A DNA stretch of 64,000 nt from a virus: IMG/VR virus record IMGVR_UViG_3300037264_003213, positions 1 to 64,000 of that record; one strand, written 5' to 3'. Below, one piece after another: positions 49,180 to 59,148 of the stretch. The notes below the pieces were generated by a model. It saw only the letters and a list, made by a program, of their open reading frames with translations. It ran no database searches and was not told the origin of the DNA. The position numbers and the translations under genes were made by a program. How positions within the stretch are numbered: position 1 is the stretch's first letter; each line of letters begins with the position of its first letter.

Positions 49180-51033
49180 ATGAAAAGAAAACTAATCAAT
49201 TATGATGTTTTCCAGAAGATCAGCGATGAATCATTAAGCAAATCAGAAAAAGAATTAATTGAAGCCGAAGAAGTATTAGCAAAAGCTTTGGGCGAAGAAC
49301 AATTATCTCTTCATTGCTTTGGCGAATCCACTGCCACATATGAGACTTTGGATAAGTCTTATATTCACGCTGCATACCGTCTAGAAAGCAACAGCGTTGT
49401 ATTCGAGAATATCGAACAATTAGTCATTGATAATAGCTCGGCAAGAGAAAAGGGTCATTCAATTCTCCGCAAGATGTTTGATGAATGCTTGAAGGAGAAT
49501 AATGGCACCGCTGACTCTTTGTTCAAGGAATACATTGCACTTCCTTTCATTCGTCGTGACCTACAAGAAGGTGCAGGCGGTGCATGGGTTGAGCAGCCAA
49601 ACAAGCCACATAAGAAGGGTAAGCCACAACCACCTTGGCTAGCACAGAAAAGAGCAGAGTCCAAGAAGCGAAGCCAGAAGTTGGTTAGCCCAGCTTTGAA
49701 AGCACAGAAGAAGCGTGAAGCTGACACTTTGAAGAAGCGTGGCGGTCCTGGTACACACGTTCATTTCCGTTTCAAGCCACAAACCAAGAAGAAGATGAAG
49801 GAATGGCACAATTTAACCGAAAACATTTTCAATTACATTGATTATCAGGAATTCGGTCCTATTGCGAAGGATTCGGAAATTAAGAAGGACGATCATGGCA
49901 ACGTTGTTGCTATTCGTATCCCAGACACACATTCCCGTAATGAAGGCAAGATTTTGTCCTTCAATTGGAAGACATTGAATACTGATTGCATGGTTCTCCG
50001 TGCCAAGATGAAGAATCTAGCAGAAGACGTTAATTTCTGCAAGGCAATGGCGGACCTACGCAAGTGTAATGCACTATCTGACAATAAGAAGTTGCAGGAA
50101 ATTTTAGAAGCCATCGTAGTCAGATGGCCAAATGTTATTTATTTAACTCAGGCTGAACTAGCTGGCTCTATTGCAACCGCACTAGACACAGTAGGTGAAA
50201 CATCTTACGACGATCAGACTTGTGCATTCATGGCGGAAGGCATTTTGCGAACCGCAGTTGAAGCTTACAACGAAAGAGTACAGAGAATTATCAAGCTGTC
50301 TGGCATGAAGATAGAGGGCACAGATGACTCTTATCTAGATTTCCAGAACATCGTTGAGAGATTCTATTCATTCCTAGATCAGAACACCAAGTTGGAAATG
50401 CAGGTTTATGTAGACCTATACAACGCATTAGTTGAAGTTTACAAACTTGGTCATGAAGAAGGCAATGAGTATTTAATGGGTGAAGCATCAGGTTTCCTCA
50501 GAGAACTCAAGGCCGTTGTCGATCAGACCGCTGAGCCAACTCTTGATTTGGCTGGCGATGTAGCAGCATGGCTAAATCAGTTAGTTGAAACAAATCTAGA
50601 TAGTGAAGATTGGAAAGTTTCCAACACTCCTCATCAGACTGTAAGTGGCGATCACCCACAAATGGCTAAGAACGCACAAAAGGGTTACGCCCCAAGTTCG
50701 GACTTTAGCGGTGATTGGGGCGATACAGCACCAGTTAGCGACGGCAAATCCTATAAGGGTGGCTTAGCTGATGAAATGCGTAAGGACGCCTGGGGTAATT
50801 GGGCTAATGATGACACATGGCCATCAATTAGCAACCCATATGTTCCGAAGGCAGGCGTATGGACAATGAAGGGTGAAAAGGGTGCTGACGTAGACGGAAC
50901 CGATGATTGGAGCCGCTACACATCCAAGGACACTTGGCCAGCATTGCAGAACCCATACGTTCCTAGTGAAGCAGGTGGGGAAGGTGGCACTGGCTATAAA
51001 ATGAAGTCTGATAACCTAGTTGTTGACCAGTAA
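49180..51033 (+). CDS. Putative prohead core protein
   Basis: Directly upstream of gp21/gp22/gp23; AGGAG RBS; many xxE sites; duplicated DTWPxxxNPYVP motif. Confidence 0.65.
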   Translation: MKRKLINYDVFQKISDESLSKSEKELIEAEEVLAKALGEEQLSLHCFGESTATYETLDKSYIHAAYRLESNSVVFENIEQLVIDNSSAREKGHSILRKMFDECLKENNGTADSLFKEYIALPFIRRDLQEGAGGAWVEQPNKPHKKGKPQPPWLAQKRAESKKRSQKLVSPALKAQKKREADTLKKRGGPGTHVHFRFKPQTKKKMKEWHNLTENIFNYIDYQEFGPIAKDSEIKKDDHGNVVAIRIPDTHSRNEGKILSFNWKTLNTDCMVLRAKMKNLAEDVNFCKAMADLRKCNALSDNKKLQEILEAIVVRWPNVIYLTQAELAGSIATALDTVGETSYDDQTCAFMAEGILRTAVEAYNERVQRIIKLSGMKIEGTDDSYLDFQNIVERFYSFLDQNTKLEMQVYVDLYNALVEVYKLGHEEGNEYLMGEASGFLRELKAVVDQTAEPTLDLAGDVAAWLNQLVETNLDSEDWKVSNTPHQTVSGDHPQMAKNAQKGYAPSSDFSGDWGDTAPVSDGKSYKGGLADEMRKDAWGNWANDDTWPSISNPYVPKAGVWTMKGEKGADVDGTDDWSRYTSKDTWPALQNPYVPSEAGGEGGTGYKMKSDNLVVDQ

Positions 51034-51044
51034 TAAGGAGCTAA

Positions 51045-51713
51045 ATGAGCGAAGGCGTAATGCTGCTTAACGAATTTGATTGCTATGGATTTCAGATTGA
51101 TCTTAAAGAATCCAATCTTGAAAAGAACCTTCTGAAATTCCGTGGCAAGTTACAAGAAGCAGAATGTGTAAATAAGAACAAACGTATGTATCCGTTCTCG
51201 GTATTAGACGAGAATGTACAGAAGTTACAGGAAATCGTAAAGGTCCGTGGGCTTTTAGGTGAGTTGGATCACCCTACGGATAGCATCATTCATTTTAAAG
51301 ATGCTTCTCACGTCATTACAAAATTGTGGTGGGAAGGCAATATATTAATGGGCGAAGGCGAGATATTAAACACAGCAATGGGCCGACAGTTGCGTGCATT
51401 GCTAGAAGGTAATATCAGAATCGGTATGAGCAGTCGTGGTGTAGGTAACGGTAAGGTAAATGAGAATGGTATTTTGGTTATTAGCGAAGGCTATAAACTA
51501 ATTACGTTTGATGCCGTTGCTGACCCATCAACTCCTGCGGCTTTCCAAGAGAGAGTGGTAGGAAAGCGAGAGAATTATATTACTCAAAATATTGATAATT
51601 ATGAGAAAAATAATAGCTCCCGCATATATACCATTAAGAAAGAGGTTGTAATAGCCGCTTTGAGTGGTTTAGTTAAGGAATCAACTGATAAATATTTGGC
51701 GAGGTCTAAATGA
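51045..51713 (+). CDS. Prohead protease (T4 gp21-like)
   Basis: NKNKRMY, GELDHP, SH, GMSSRGVG, FDAVADPS. Confidence 0.95.
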   Translation: MSEGVMLLNEFDCYGFQIDLKESNLEKNLLKFRGKLQEAECVNKNKRMYPFSVLDENVQKLQEIVKVRGLLGELDHPTDSIIHFKDASHVITKLWWEGNILMGEGEILNTAMGRQLRALLEGNIRIGMSSRGVGNGKVNENGILVISEGYKLITFDAVADPSTPAAFQERVVGKRENYITQNIDNYEKNNSSRIYTIKKEVVIAALSGLVKESTDKYLARSK

Positions 51714-52651
51714 TGAAAAACATAGTCGAAGTATTGAAGAGTCTTCTACCTGAAGATCAGCTAAAAGAAGTCGCAGCGATAATTGATGAAACCATCAAGG
51801 AAGCTGTTGTGGACGTTGCTAAGCAAAAGGAAGCTGAATTTAACAAGCAGCTTGAAAATGCTTACAACGAACTTTCAGCGGAACTACAGACTGCTGAGAA
51901 GACAGCAGAACAAGGTTACGAGGAAGCGTATGCGATTATTACTGACCTCCGTAACAGATTAGAAGTTCAGAGAGAAGAATTCGAGAAGACCCTAGAAGAA
52001 GGGTACGAAGAAGCCTATCAAATGTTGTTGGCTGAACGTGCCAAGAATAGCACTCTCGAAGTCGATCTCTACGAAGAGTACGAGAAGAAGTATGTCGAAC
52101 TTAAAGAGCAGTTTGTGGACATGCTTGATAAATTCTTGCACGACAAGGGTGCAGAAATCTATGAGCAGGCCCGACGTGATTTGGTCAACGACCCACGTTA
52201 TGCCGAACACAAGGTTGCTTTGGATAAGATTGCAGAAATCGCTGCTAATTATCTAACTGGTGAAGAAATTGCATTAGCGACCAGCAGCAAACTAGAAGAT
52301 GCTTACAATCAGCTTGAAGAGATGAAGGGACAGATCAAGATTATGGAAGCTCGTAATATCCGCCTAGCGCGTGATAACGAGAAGATGACTGAAACTGTCC
52401 GTGCAACAAATAACGTTGTAACTGAGTCTCGTAGAGTTGATAAGAAAGAAAGAGTTGCACAGGCGAAAGGCGTATCGGGGAGAGGCAGAGTTGTTACAGA
52501 GGAAGACACCAAGGTTATTGCGGAATATAACCAGGCATCTGTTAATAACAAAGATACCACAGATGTAGCAGCACTTGTAGAGAGTTTAATGCCAGGCGTA
52601 GACCAGGCAACATTAAACACCCTAGCAGGTACGGCTAAGAATCGAAGATAA
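51710..52651 (+). CDS. Prohead scaffolding protein (T4 gp22-like)
   Basis: Acidic coiled coil between the protease and the capsid gene. Confidence 0.85.
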   Translation: MMKNIVEVLKSLLPEDQLKEVAAIIDETIKEAVVDVAKQKEAEFNKQLENAYNELSAELQTAEKTAEQGYEEAYAIITDLRNRLEVQREEFEKTLEEGYEEAYQMLLAERAKNSTLEVDLYEEYEKKYVELKEQFVDMLDKFLHDKGAEIYEQARRDLVNDPRYAEHKVALDKIAEIAANYLTGEEIALATSSKLEDAYNQLEEMKGQIKIMEARNIRLARDNEKMTETVRATNNVVTESRRVDKKERVAQAKGVSGRGRVVTEEDTKVIAEYNQASVNNKDTTDVAALVESLMPGVDQATLNTLAGTAKNRR

Positions 52652-52687
52652 TAACTTTAATATAAGTTATAAAAGGAATATAGATTA

Positions 52688-54124
52688 ATGAACGCAAACT
52701 CAAGGTTTTTGAATGAAGCCCGTGAACTTGAAGGCAAGTGGGGCCAGACTGGTTTGCTAGAAGGTATCGACTCACGATATGAGCGCTCTTGCGCCGCAGT
52801 TCTTCTAGAAAATCAGAGACTATATAATGAAATCGCAACAGACACTGGCGATATCGCACAGTTCAAGCGTATTTCGATCCCGTTGATTCGTAGAATTTAC
52901 CCACAGTTGATCGCCAACAAAATCGTAAGCGTACAGCCGCTTCTTGGCCCAACTGGTTTGGTATACTACCTAAGATTCCGTTATTCCAGCAACAAGGGCG
53001 CTCGCCGTGGTGCTGATAACAATGGCGGTTTCCCAGCAGATGATATTAACTCCCTACAGCAGTTGGCTGACGGAACAGCAAACTTGGATATTTTCTATTC
53101 AAGCCAGTTCGTTCAGAACGAATCCACCAACACTGACCCAGGTGCAGTTGTAATATCGGCTTATGCTCCTCTAGAGCATACCCCAATCCTCGCTGGCACA
53201 ATGACTGGTACTGTCTTTGATGGTGCAGTCGCCGTCCAGACCTTCACCGTCAGCAGCGCGGGCGTATTCACCTTCACCGCAATTGGCGCACCAGCAGCGT
53301 TTATCGTTGCCGCGACCTTGAACCTAGTAACAGGTGAATTAGTAGCAACATGGAACGTAGCCGCAGGTCCAAATAACTTAGTGCTTTCATATGAGTATAA
53401 TATGGAATGCAACCAGGATTTGCCAGAAATCAACCTAGTTGTCGAATCCGAAGAAATTGCGGCTAAGACTCGTAAGTTGAAGGCAGTATGGTCATATGAA
53501 GCACAGCAGGACTTGCGTTCCCAGCACAACTTGGACGCAGAAGCTGAACTAACAGCAGTCTTGGCACAGGAAATAAATTTAGAAATAGATCGTGAGGTAT
53601 TAACTGATTTGTTACTAAATGCAGGCACAGTAGGAGCCTGGGACTTTGGTACGGCATTAGGTGATACTATCAAGGAAAAGTATGAGTCTCTATATGTCAA
53701 GATCGTAGAAATGTCTGCGGTCATCCACAGAAAGACTCTACGCGGTGGTGCAAACTGGATCGTAACTTCTCCTGAAGTTGCATCTATCTTTGAAACCGCA
53801 ACCGCAGGTTTTGCTCCAGCCCCATCTGAAACCTTCACCTCAAGTCTAGGTATTCAGTATGTTGGCACAATTAACAACCGTTGGAGATTATACAAAGACC
53901 CACTCTTTAGAACCAACCAAATCCTCATGGGTTATAAGGGTGATTCTTATATGGACAGTGGCTACTTCTATTGCCCATACGTTCCTCTAACTCAGACTCC
54001 AGTAGTTCTTGATCCAGAGTCTTTCTGCCCAAGAAAGGGTATCTTGACGCGCTATGGAAAGAAACTACTAAGAGAAGGCGCTAAGTTCTACGCAAGAATG
54101 ACAATCCACAACTTCGTAATCTAA
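52688..54124 (+). CDS. Major capsid protein (T4 gp23-like)
   Basis: VQPLLGPTGLVY, AKTRKLKAVWSYEAQQDL, EINLEIDRE, GYFYCPYVPL, GILTRYG. Confidence 0.97.
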   Translation: MNANSRFLNEARELEGKWGQTGLLEGIDSRYERSCAAVLLENQRLYNEIATDTGDIAQFKRISIPLIRRIYPQLIANKIVSVQPLLGPTGLVYYLRFRYSSNKGARRGADNNGGFPADDINSLQQLADGTANLDIFYSSQFVQNESTNTDPGAVVISAYAPLEHTPILAGTMTGTVFDGAVAVQTFTVSSAGVFTFTAIGAPAAFIVAATLNLVTGELVATWNVAAGPNNLVLSYEYNMECNQDLPEINLVVESEEIAAKTRKLKAVWSYEAQQDLRSQHNLDAEAELTAVLAQEINLEIDREVLTDLLLNAGTVGAWDFGTALGDTIKEKYESLYVKIVEMSAVIHRKTLRGGANWIVTSPEVASIFETATAGFAPAPSETFTSSLGIQYVGTINNRWRLYKDPLFRTNQILMGYKGDSYMDSGYFYCPYVPLTQTPVVLDPESFCPRKGILTRYGKKLLREGAKFYARMTIHNFVI

Positions 54125-54150
54125 CAAGACTTACGACGAATAAATAACTG

Positions 54151-54184
54151 AAAGGCCCGATGGAAACATCGGGCCTTTTTGTTT
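54151..54184 (+). terminator. Intrinsic terminator after the capsid gene
   Basis: aaaggcccgatg-gaaa-catcgggccttt followed by a T tract. Confidence 0.9.
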
Positions 54185-54189
54185 CTGTC

Positions 54190-54218
54190 TTGACAAGGGA
54201 GTATTTATTTGCTATGTC
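54190..54218 (+). promoter_or_regulatory. Sigma70-like promoter
   Basis: TTGACA, 17 nt spacer, TG-n-TATGTC. Confidence 0.5.
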
Positions 54219-54237
54219 CTTATCAGGAGTAATTAAT

Positions 54238-55026
54238 ATGACAAATCTAAGATTTAGAAGATACCACTATCATATCAGTCCAAAAGCTGGAGTTATATAC
54301 TGCGACTCATCATATGAAATTAAAGCGGCATTAATTTTAGACAATGATGAGGACGTGTTGTTTTATGAAACTCAAATACAGTTTGACGGACAAAACAAAA
54401 AGCGATTTCTAGATTTTCTGGCAACATATAAATCAAAAGCAAAAGTAGTTATAGAGGTTAAGCCTAAAACTCGCCTAATGCAGTTTGAAGAACAAATTAA
54501 CGATAACAGACAATACGCCTTGTCCAATGGCTATGGATTTGAGGTTTGGACAGAGAATGAACTTGGCTTTAGGAATGATTACGCGGCGACCAAATGGGCT
54601 GATGAATATTTAAGTCAATTTCATGGTGTCGATTATACTGAAATTAGAAAACAAAATGGACTAAAAAGAGCCAAACGCCATTACCGTAAGAAAATAGCCA
54701 CAGAGAAAATCACTTTCTACTGTGAGTTTTGTAAAGAGGAGCATTCGCCACTTCGACTGAGCTATGAAAAAAACATCAAGAAGAATGGACGGTTTATTTG
54801 CATTAAGGAGAATGGGTATATCACTGGCAGTTTGCCAAAAACGAAAAACGAGAATTTGGTGGAGCGGCAGTGCAAGAAGTGTTCTGAGGTTTTACCGATG
54901 GATCAATTTTCCAAAGGAAAAGCAATTTGCAAGAAGTGCAGAGCCGCAATCTACAAGGAAAAATATCAGTCTGAATTAGAAGTAAAAAGGTTTAAGTACA
55001 TATCAAAAAAGGACTTGTGGCAATAA
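54238..55026 (+). CDS. TnsA-like PD-(D/E)XK endonuclease with C-terminal zinc fingers
   Basis: DSSYE, LDF, IEVKP, GYGFEVWTENEL; CEFC and CKKC..CKKC. AGGAG RBS before ATG 54238 (the track start lies inside the terminator). Confidence 0.8.
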   Translation: MTNLRFRRYHYHISPKAGVIYCDSSYEIKAALILDNDEDVLFYETQIQFDGQNKKRFLDFLATYKSKAKVVIEVKPKTRLMQFEEQINDNRQYALSNGYGFEVWTENELGFRNDYAATKWADEYLSQFHGVDYTEIRKQNGLKRAKRHYRKKIATEKITFYCEFCKEEHSPLRLSYEKNIKKNGRFICIKENGYITGSLPKTKNENLVERQCKKCSEVLPMDQFSKGKAICKKCRAAIYKEKYQSELEVKRFKYISKKDLWQ

Positions 55027-55081
55027 CGGAGGAACTTGGGACAACCGTTTTCCGTGGTCCAGCAGAAAAAATAAATTTGCC

Positions 55082-55109
55082 TTGACAAATCCGAATCTGA
55101 AGCTAGGAT
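55082..55109 (+). promoter_or_regulatory. Sigma70-like promoter with AT-rich UP element
   Basis: TTGACA, 16 nt spacer, TAGGAT, preceded by aaaaaataaattt. Confidence 0.6.
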
Positions 55110-55147
55110 AGTCGCATTGGTTTCGTTAACTTTTTAAGGAGATTAGC

Positions 55148-56338
55148 ATGAGCCAAAACAACTATCCCCCTCTCTATTACTTCATTGAGGACATGAAGCG
55201 TAAGGGAGTCAACGTCGCGGAAGTAGAAGTTGGCCCCGAAGACATGATGTGGTTGCTTTCTAAGAGCAAGGGCAACCGTGATTTGCGCCAAAGTGAGATT
55301 GAGCGGTTGATTGATGCAATCCTGGCGGGGAATTGGGTGCCAGGCGATTCCGCCGCCATGTTAACCAAGGGTGACGATACCTTGATTAACTTCCACCACC
55401 GCGCTCACGCTATTATAGCAGCAGGCAAAAGGGTCAAAATCCTTATTAGGATTAACTGTGATCCTAGCGAAGCGAAGTTTATCGACACGGGCATCATCCG
55501 TACACCGTTGGATGTACCAGCGTTTGACCCCACTGTGAATTATCTCAATCGACGGAACGTTGTCATTGCCCGCGTCTGCCTGTCGGACGGTGGTTCAGCT
55601 TATAGTGACCGCGACCTAACTAACAATGCCATATGCGATTGGGTCAAGGTTTACAAGCCGCAAATTGACAAGGTTTGTGATGATTTCTTCCACGGTAAAG
55701 ATGAGTACAAAATTACTCAGTCGGTGGTTCAGGGTGCTTTTACGCTAGCATTGCTCAACGGCAAAAATGAAGCCGCCTTGAGGTTTGCCGCTCGTTACTT
55801 GATTGACCCAGCCTCTCAAGACAAGCGGCATGGCACCAATACTATCCAAGAATTTCGGGATGCACTGTTGGAAGGAAAACCGACTTCGGCAGGTGGTTCT
55901 GCCCGTAAGGACGTGTTTGCGTTGTCTTGTATCTTCTTGCATACATTCCTTGCGAATTGGACCGACCCCACTAGCAAAGAATTAGCGAAAAAGCCAACCT
56001 GGAAAAAAGGCAAAGGTTACGCTGCTTTTAAGCCGATTGCTGCTAGCTTCGCTTGCCCTGGCGTCAAGAAGGTGAAGCGGCGTGATCCAGTATTCGTGTA
56101 CTACTTGCGGTTGGCAATGGATAAGTTCCCATCCAACTCTACTCTATCCGCCGCAGAGATTGGCAGAAAGATGATAGAGGTTGGATATAAGGTTAACTCC
56201 AACAAGCCAGCCGAACTAGCGGCGAAGAAGCTGAATAGGCTGTTTAGGACAGTTGATACCCTTGATCTTGGTAAAGGTGTCCTCTCGACGGTGGTAGAGG
56301 AAAAAAAGAAGGTCTTTATTTGGAGTTTGGCAGCTTAA
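55148..56338 (+). CDS. ParB-like N-terminal domain protein
   Basis: GNRDLR..I..G.W..LINFHHRAHAI..IDTG..RT resembles the NR..DGQHRL.A..ID.G..R family; TAAGGAG RBS. Confidence 0.6.
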   Translation: MSQNNYPPLYYFIEDMKRKGVNVAEVEVGPEDMMWLLSKSKGNRDLRQSEIERLIDAILAGNWVPGDSAAMLTKGDDTLINFHHRAHAIIAAGKRVKILIRINCDPSEAKFIDTGIIRTPLDVPAFDPTVNYLNRRNVVIARVCLSDGGSAYSDRDLTNNAICDWVKVYKPQIDKVCDDFFHGKDEYKITQSVVQGAFTLALLNGKNEAALRFAARYLIDPASQDKRHGTNTIQEFRDALLEGKPTSAGGSARKDVFALSCIFLHTFLANWTDPTSKELAKKPTWKKGKGYAAFKPIAASFACPGVKKVKRRDPVFVYYLRLAMDKFPSNSTLSAAEIGRKMIEVGYKVNSNKPAELAAKKLNRLFRTVDTLDLGKGVLSTVVEEKKKVFIWSLAA

Positions 56339-56349
56339 TTGTAACTATT

Positions 56350-56389
56350 AACGAAAAGACCCCGCCAGAAATGGCGGGGTTTTTTCGTT
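56350..56389. terminator. Bidirectional intrinsic terminator
   Basis: aacgaaaagaccccgcca-gaaa-tggcggggttttttcgtt. Confidence 0.9.
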
Positions 56390-56408
56390 TAATGATTATA
56401 AATAAAGT

Positions 56409-56969
56409 ATGAAATATGGATTTATAGAATGGATTAAAATAAGAGAATCCAATGATTTAAGAAACAAAAAACAGGAGTTTGTTGATAGGGTATATGACGT
56501 TTACAAAAGTAATCCTAGTCTGAGTGACAAAGAAATAGCTAAAATTGTTGAGCCAAATTATCAAAGAAGAATAACTGTAGATACGAGGATACCAGGAATA
56601 CTTTGGACTTTTAGAGGACTTCCTGAATTAATTAAAAAGGGCATTGCGGAAAATCCACATTTAGATAATGAAGAACTTGCATCATTATTACAACATACAG
56701 ATAAAAATGTGTTATGGTGGATGATACATGATGTTAGAGGGAATATACCAAGGGACAAATTGTATCCAATGCCAACAGGAACAGAGCCAGTGCAGGTACA
56801 AAGGCAAGCACAAAAACAAAGACAATCGCAACCAGAGCCAACGATGCCGTGGCCGCAATCACTATTTTATGAGCCAGCAGCAAAAGATCAAAGTAATACT
56901 GCCAACACTTATTTTGGATATGGAACGGGTGGTGGTAGAAGAGTATTGAGAAAACCACCAAATTCATAA
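56409..56969 (+). CDS. Hypothetical protein with a capsid-targeting-like N-terminus
   Basis: MKYGFIEWIKIRES; TATAAATA at 56397-56404; internal NP.L...E.A repeat. Confidence 0.65.
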   Translation: MKYGFIEWIKIRESNDLRNKKQEFVDRVYDVYKSNPSLSDKEIAKIVEPNYQRRITVDTRIPGILWTFRGLPELIKKGIAENPHLDNEELASLLQHTDKNVLWWMIHDVRGNIPRDKLYPMPTGTEPVQVQRQAQKQRQSQPEPTMPWPQSLFYEPAAKDQSNTANTYFGYGTGGGRRVLRKPPNS

Positions 56970-56992
56970 AATAAAAGCCTGCGCAAATACAC

Positions 56993-57229
56993 ATGATTGG
57001 CTCGCCTGCGTTAGTTCTAGGCTTCTGTCACTACGACGATGAAGATGAATGGTGGGACAAATATCAACTGTTCACGATGGAAAATTATTTAGAATGTCAA
57101 TATAAATGGCAACCACCTGACCTTAATAATTCGTGGTCATCGAGTATTTATAAAAATCAGGAAGAGTGTGATAAAGCTTCCAAACAAATGCGGGAAGCTG
57201 CCCAAAAGTTTAGTAAGTATGCTGATTAA
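56993..57229 (+). CDS. Hypothetical protein
   Basis: 78-aa ORF. Confidence 0.45.
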   Translation: MIGSPALVLGFCHYDDEDEWWDKYQLFTMENYLECQYKWQPPDLNNSWSSSIYKNQEECDKASKQMREAAQKFSKYAD

Positions 57230-57705
57230 ACCTCCACAAACCATTCTAAAGGAATACACTTGACAGATTGAGAGTTACGAGAGTTTGTACTACGTTTGTT
57301 TTTATGTGGTTGCTTTAACAACTCAGCGACTCTTTGAGGATGAATGTTGGCAGATCGCGGCTTGCAATTCTTGATTTCAACCAAAAATACGAAACCCGTT
57401 GTAATGTATTTTTTAATGACTGATTCGTTTAAGAAAATACCACTTCTCAAGAATGGCGTTTCCCACCCTTTAGAAAACCGTGTTGTTTCCCCTGAATGAT
57501 TGGGGAAGCCCTTCCTCCTCGCTTCCACATACTGAATCTCGCCTCCTTTGAGTCCAATTATCCCATCTGTATCTCCATCGTCATTCTCTCCTTGCAACTT
57601 GATTATTTTAGATTCTGAAATTGTAGCGGCATACTTTACTATCAAATCCCGCTCTAGGACAAGTTCCTCTTTGTGACGCTGTTCAATAAACATATCCGTC
57701 TCCAA
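57226..57705 (-). CDS. Hypothetical protein, possible PD-(D/E)XK nuclease
   Basis: TDGII...YVEARRK resembles D...ExK. Confidence 0.45.
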   Translation of the reverse strand: METDMFIEQRHKEELVLERDLIVKYAATISESKIIKLQGENDDGDTDGIIGLKGGEIQYVEARRKGFPNHSGETTRFSKGWETPFLRSGIFLNESVIKKYITTGFVFLVEIKNCKPRSANIHPQRVAELLKQPHKNKRSTNSRNSQSVKCIPLEWFVEV

Positions 57706-57773
57706 ATTTATCGCATGATTATACTATTGATTTCTGAAATTAGCAAGAGTAACTGGATTTGCCAACGCTATTC

Positions 57774-58577
57774 TCAGGATCGCCACCAATGATTTTGAGG
57801 CGGATAAGTTAAATCGTGAATGTTTGTGAGACTAGGAATATTCAAACGAGAATGTTTAATAAGTTTGTTCCATTCTTTTTTAAATTCTTCTTCTGACCTA
57901 TTATATTCGTGTCCCCAAGAATTATTTTTATCCACTGTTCCTAGTTTTGCGTTCAAATCTTGATTCCTTTTCAATGTTCTAGAGAAACCAACATATTTGT
58001 AATGCAAATTCATTAATTCATCTCGTTCTGGAAACACCACAATGCCGTATGGGGATGCTATGTGTCTCCCTGGATGATAATGTGTTTCTGTAATTTTATT
58101 TGGATCAAAGATAGATAATTTGTTCATCATGGCATACGGACGACCCCTAGTTAATTCCTCGTAAATTTGCCGATTAGAATTTGGTAATACCTCACTTATC
58201 ATTTGAAATCCCAATGCAGGTATAACTGTTATTCCATCTTCTGTGCAGCGTCTCAAGTATTTTGGTAAACCAGGATGATATAAAAATTCATCAACGGGGG
58301 TCATTATTACCCAATCGACTTTTCCAATACTTTCTTTCCATACTGAGTTGTGAACTTCCTGAGCGGCTAATACATATGAATCCACATGGCGAAACAGCGG
58401 TGGCCTTACCTCTACTTTAGGATTTTTATGTAGTATCTCCAGTGTATTGTCCGTTGAACCGTCGTCATAAAAAACGTATTGATCTACGAGTGAATCATAG
58501 TGCTTGAAGAAATATGGCAACAGTAATTCCTCGTTCCAGCAAATCGAATAAAGATGTATTTTTTGTTTAGAATTCAT
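57774..58577 (-). CDS. Glycosyltransferase family 2
   Basis: ICWNEE..LPYFFKHY, DDGSTDNT, WVI..VDEFL, LHYK. Confidence 0.88.
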   Translation of the reverse strand: MNSKQKIHLYSICWNEELLLPYFFKHYDSLVDQYVFYDDGSTDNTLEILHKNPKVEVRPPLFRHVDSYVLAAQEVHNSVWKESIGKVDWVIMTPVDEFLYHPGLPKYLRRCTEDGITVIPALGFQMISEVLPNSNRQIYEELTRGRPYAMMNKLSIFDPNKITETHYHPGRHIASPYGIVVFPERDELMNLHYKYVGFSRTLKRNQDLNAKLGTVDKNNSWGHEYNRSEEEFKKEWNKLIKHSRLNIPSLTNIHDLTYPPQNHWWRS

Positions 58578-59148
58578 ACTCTGTGCTTTTTATTTGCTTA
58601 GATGGATTACCAATAACCATAGCATGGGTTGAAACATTCTCTGTAACAACTGCGCCCGCACCCACAACGGCAAAAGTACCGACTTCTATATCTGGTAAAA
58701 TAACAGCACCTGTGCCTATCATAGCTCCCCTTCTAATTGTCACGCCGCCACCTGTGGTTACACCAGGACCAATAGAAACAAAATCGTCTAATTTAATATG
58801 ATGCCCTAAACAAGCTCCCCTGTTTATGACCACATAATTACCTAATTTACCATGCGAACCAATTACTACACTTTTGTTAATAAAGCAACCCACTCCATGC
58901 TCAAAGACAATGGGTAAGTCATTATTCCTATCGGATAGCAAGGGAAATGGCACTAGACCTAATTCCAGAGCTTCCTTGACGGCCCTGTAGCGGTTAAACG
59001 GACTGAATAATGGCACCAAAAACGATCCAGATATCTCTATCGTCAAAGGTTCTAGATTATTGACTATAGTTTCTACAGTAACATTATTTTTCTGACAAAC
59101 CTCTAAGTAGTCTACTATGAGATCAGACCCACAAGCATACAAAATCAT
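58567..59148 (-). CDS. Sugar N/O-acetyltransferase (NeuD/PglD hexapeptide family)
   Basis: INRGACLGHH, IGTGAVIL, VGAGAVV, GNP. Confidence 0.9.
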   Translation of the reverse strand: MILYACGSDLIVDYLEVCQKNNVTVETIVNNLEPLTIEISGSFLVPLFSPFNRYRAVKEALELGLVPFPLLSDRNNDLPIVFEHGVGCFINKSVVIGSHGKLGNYVVINRGACLGHHIKLDDFVSIGPGVTTGGGVTIRRGAMIGTGAVILPDIEVGTFAVVGAGAVVTENVSTHAMVIGNPSKQIKSTEYEF

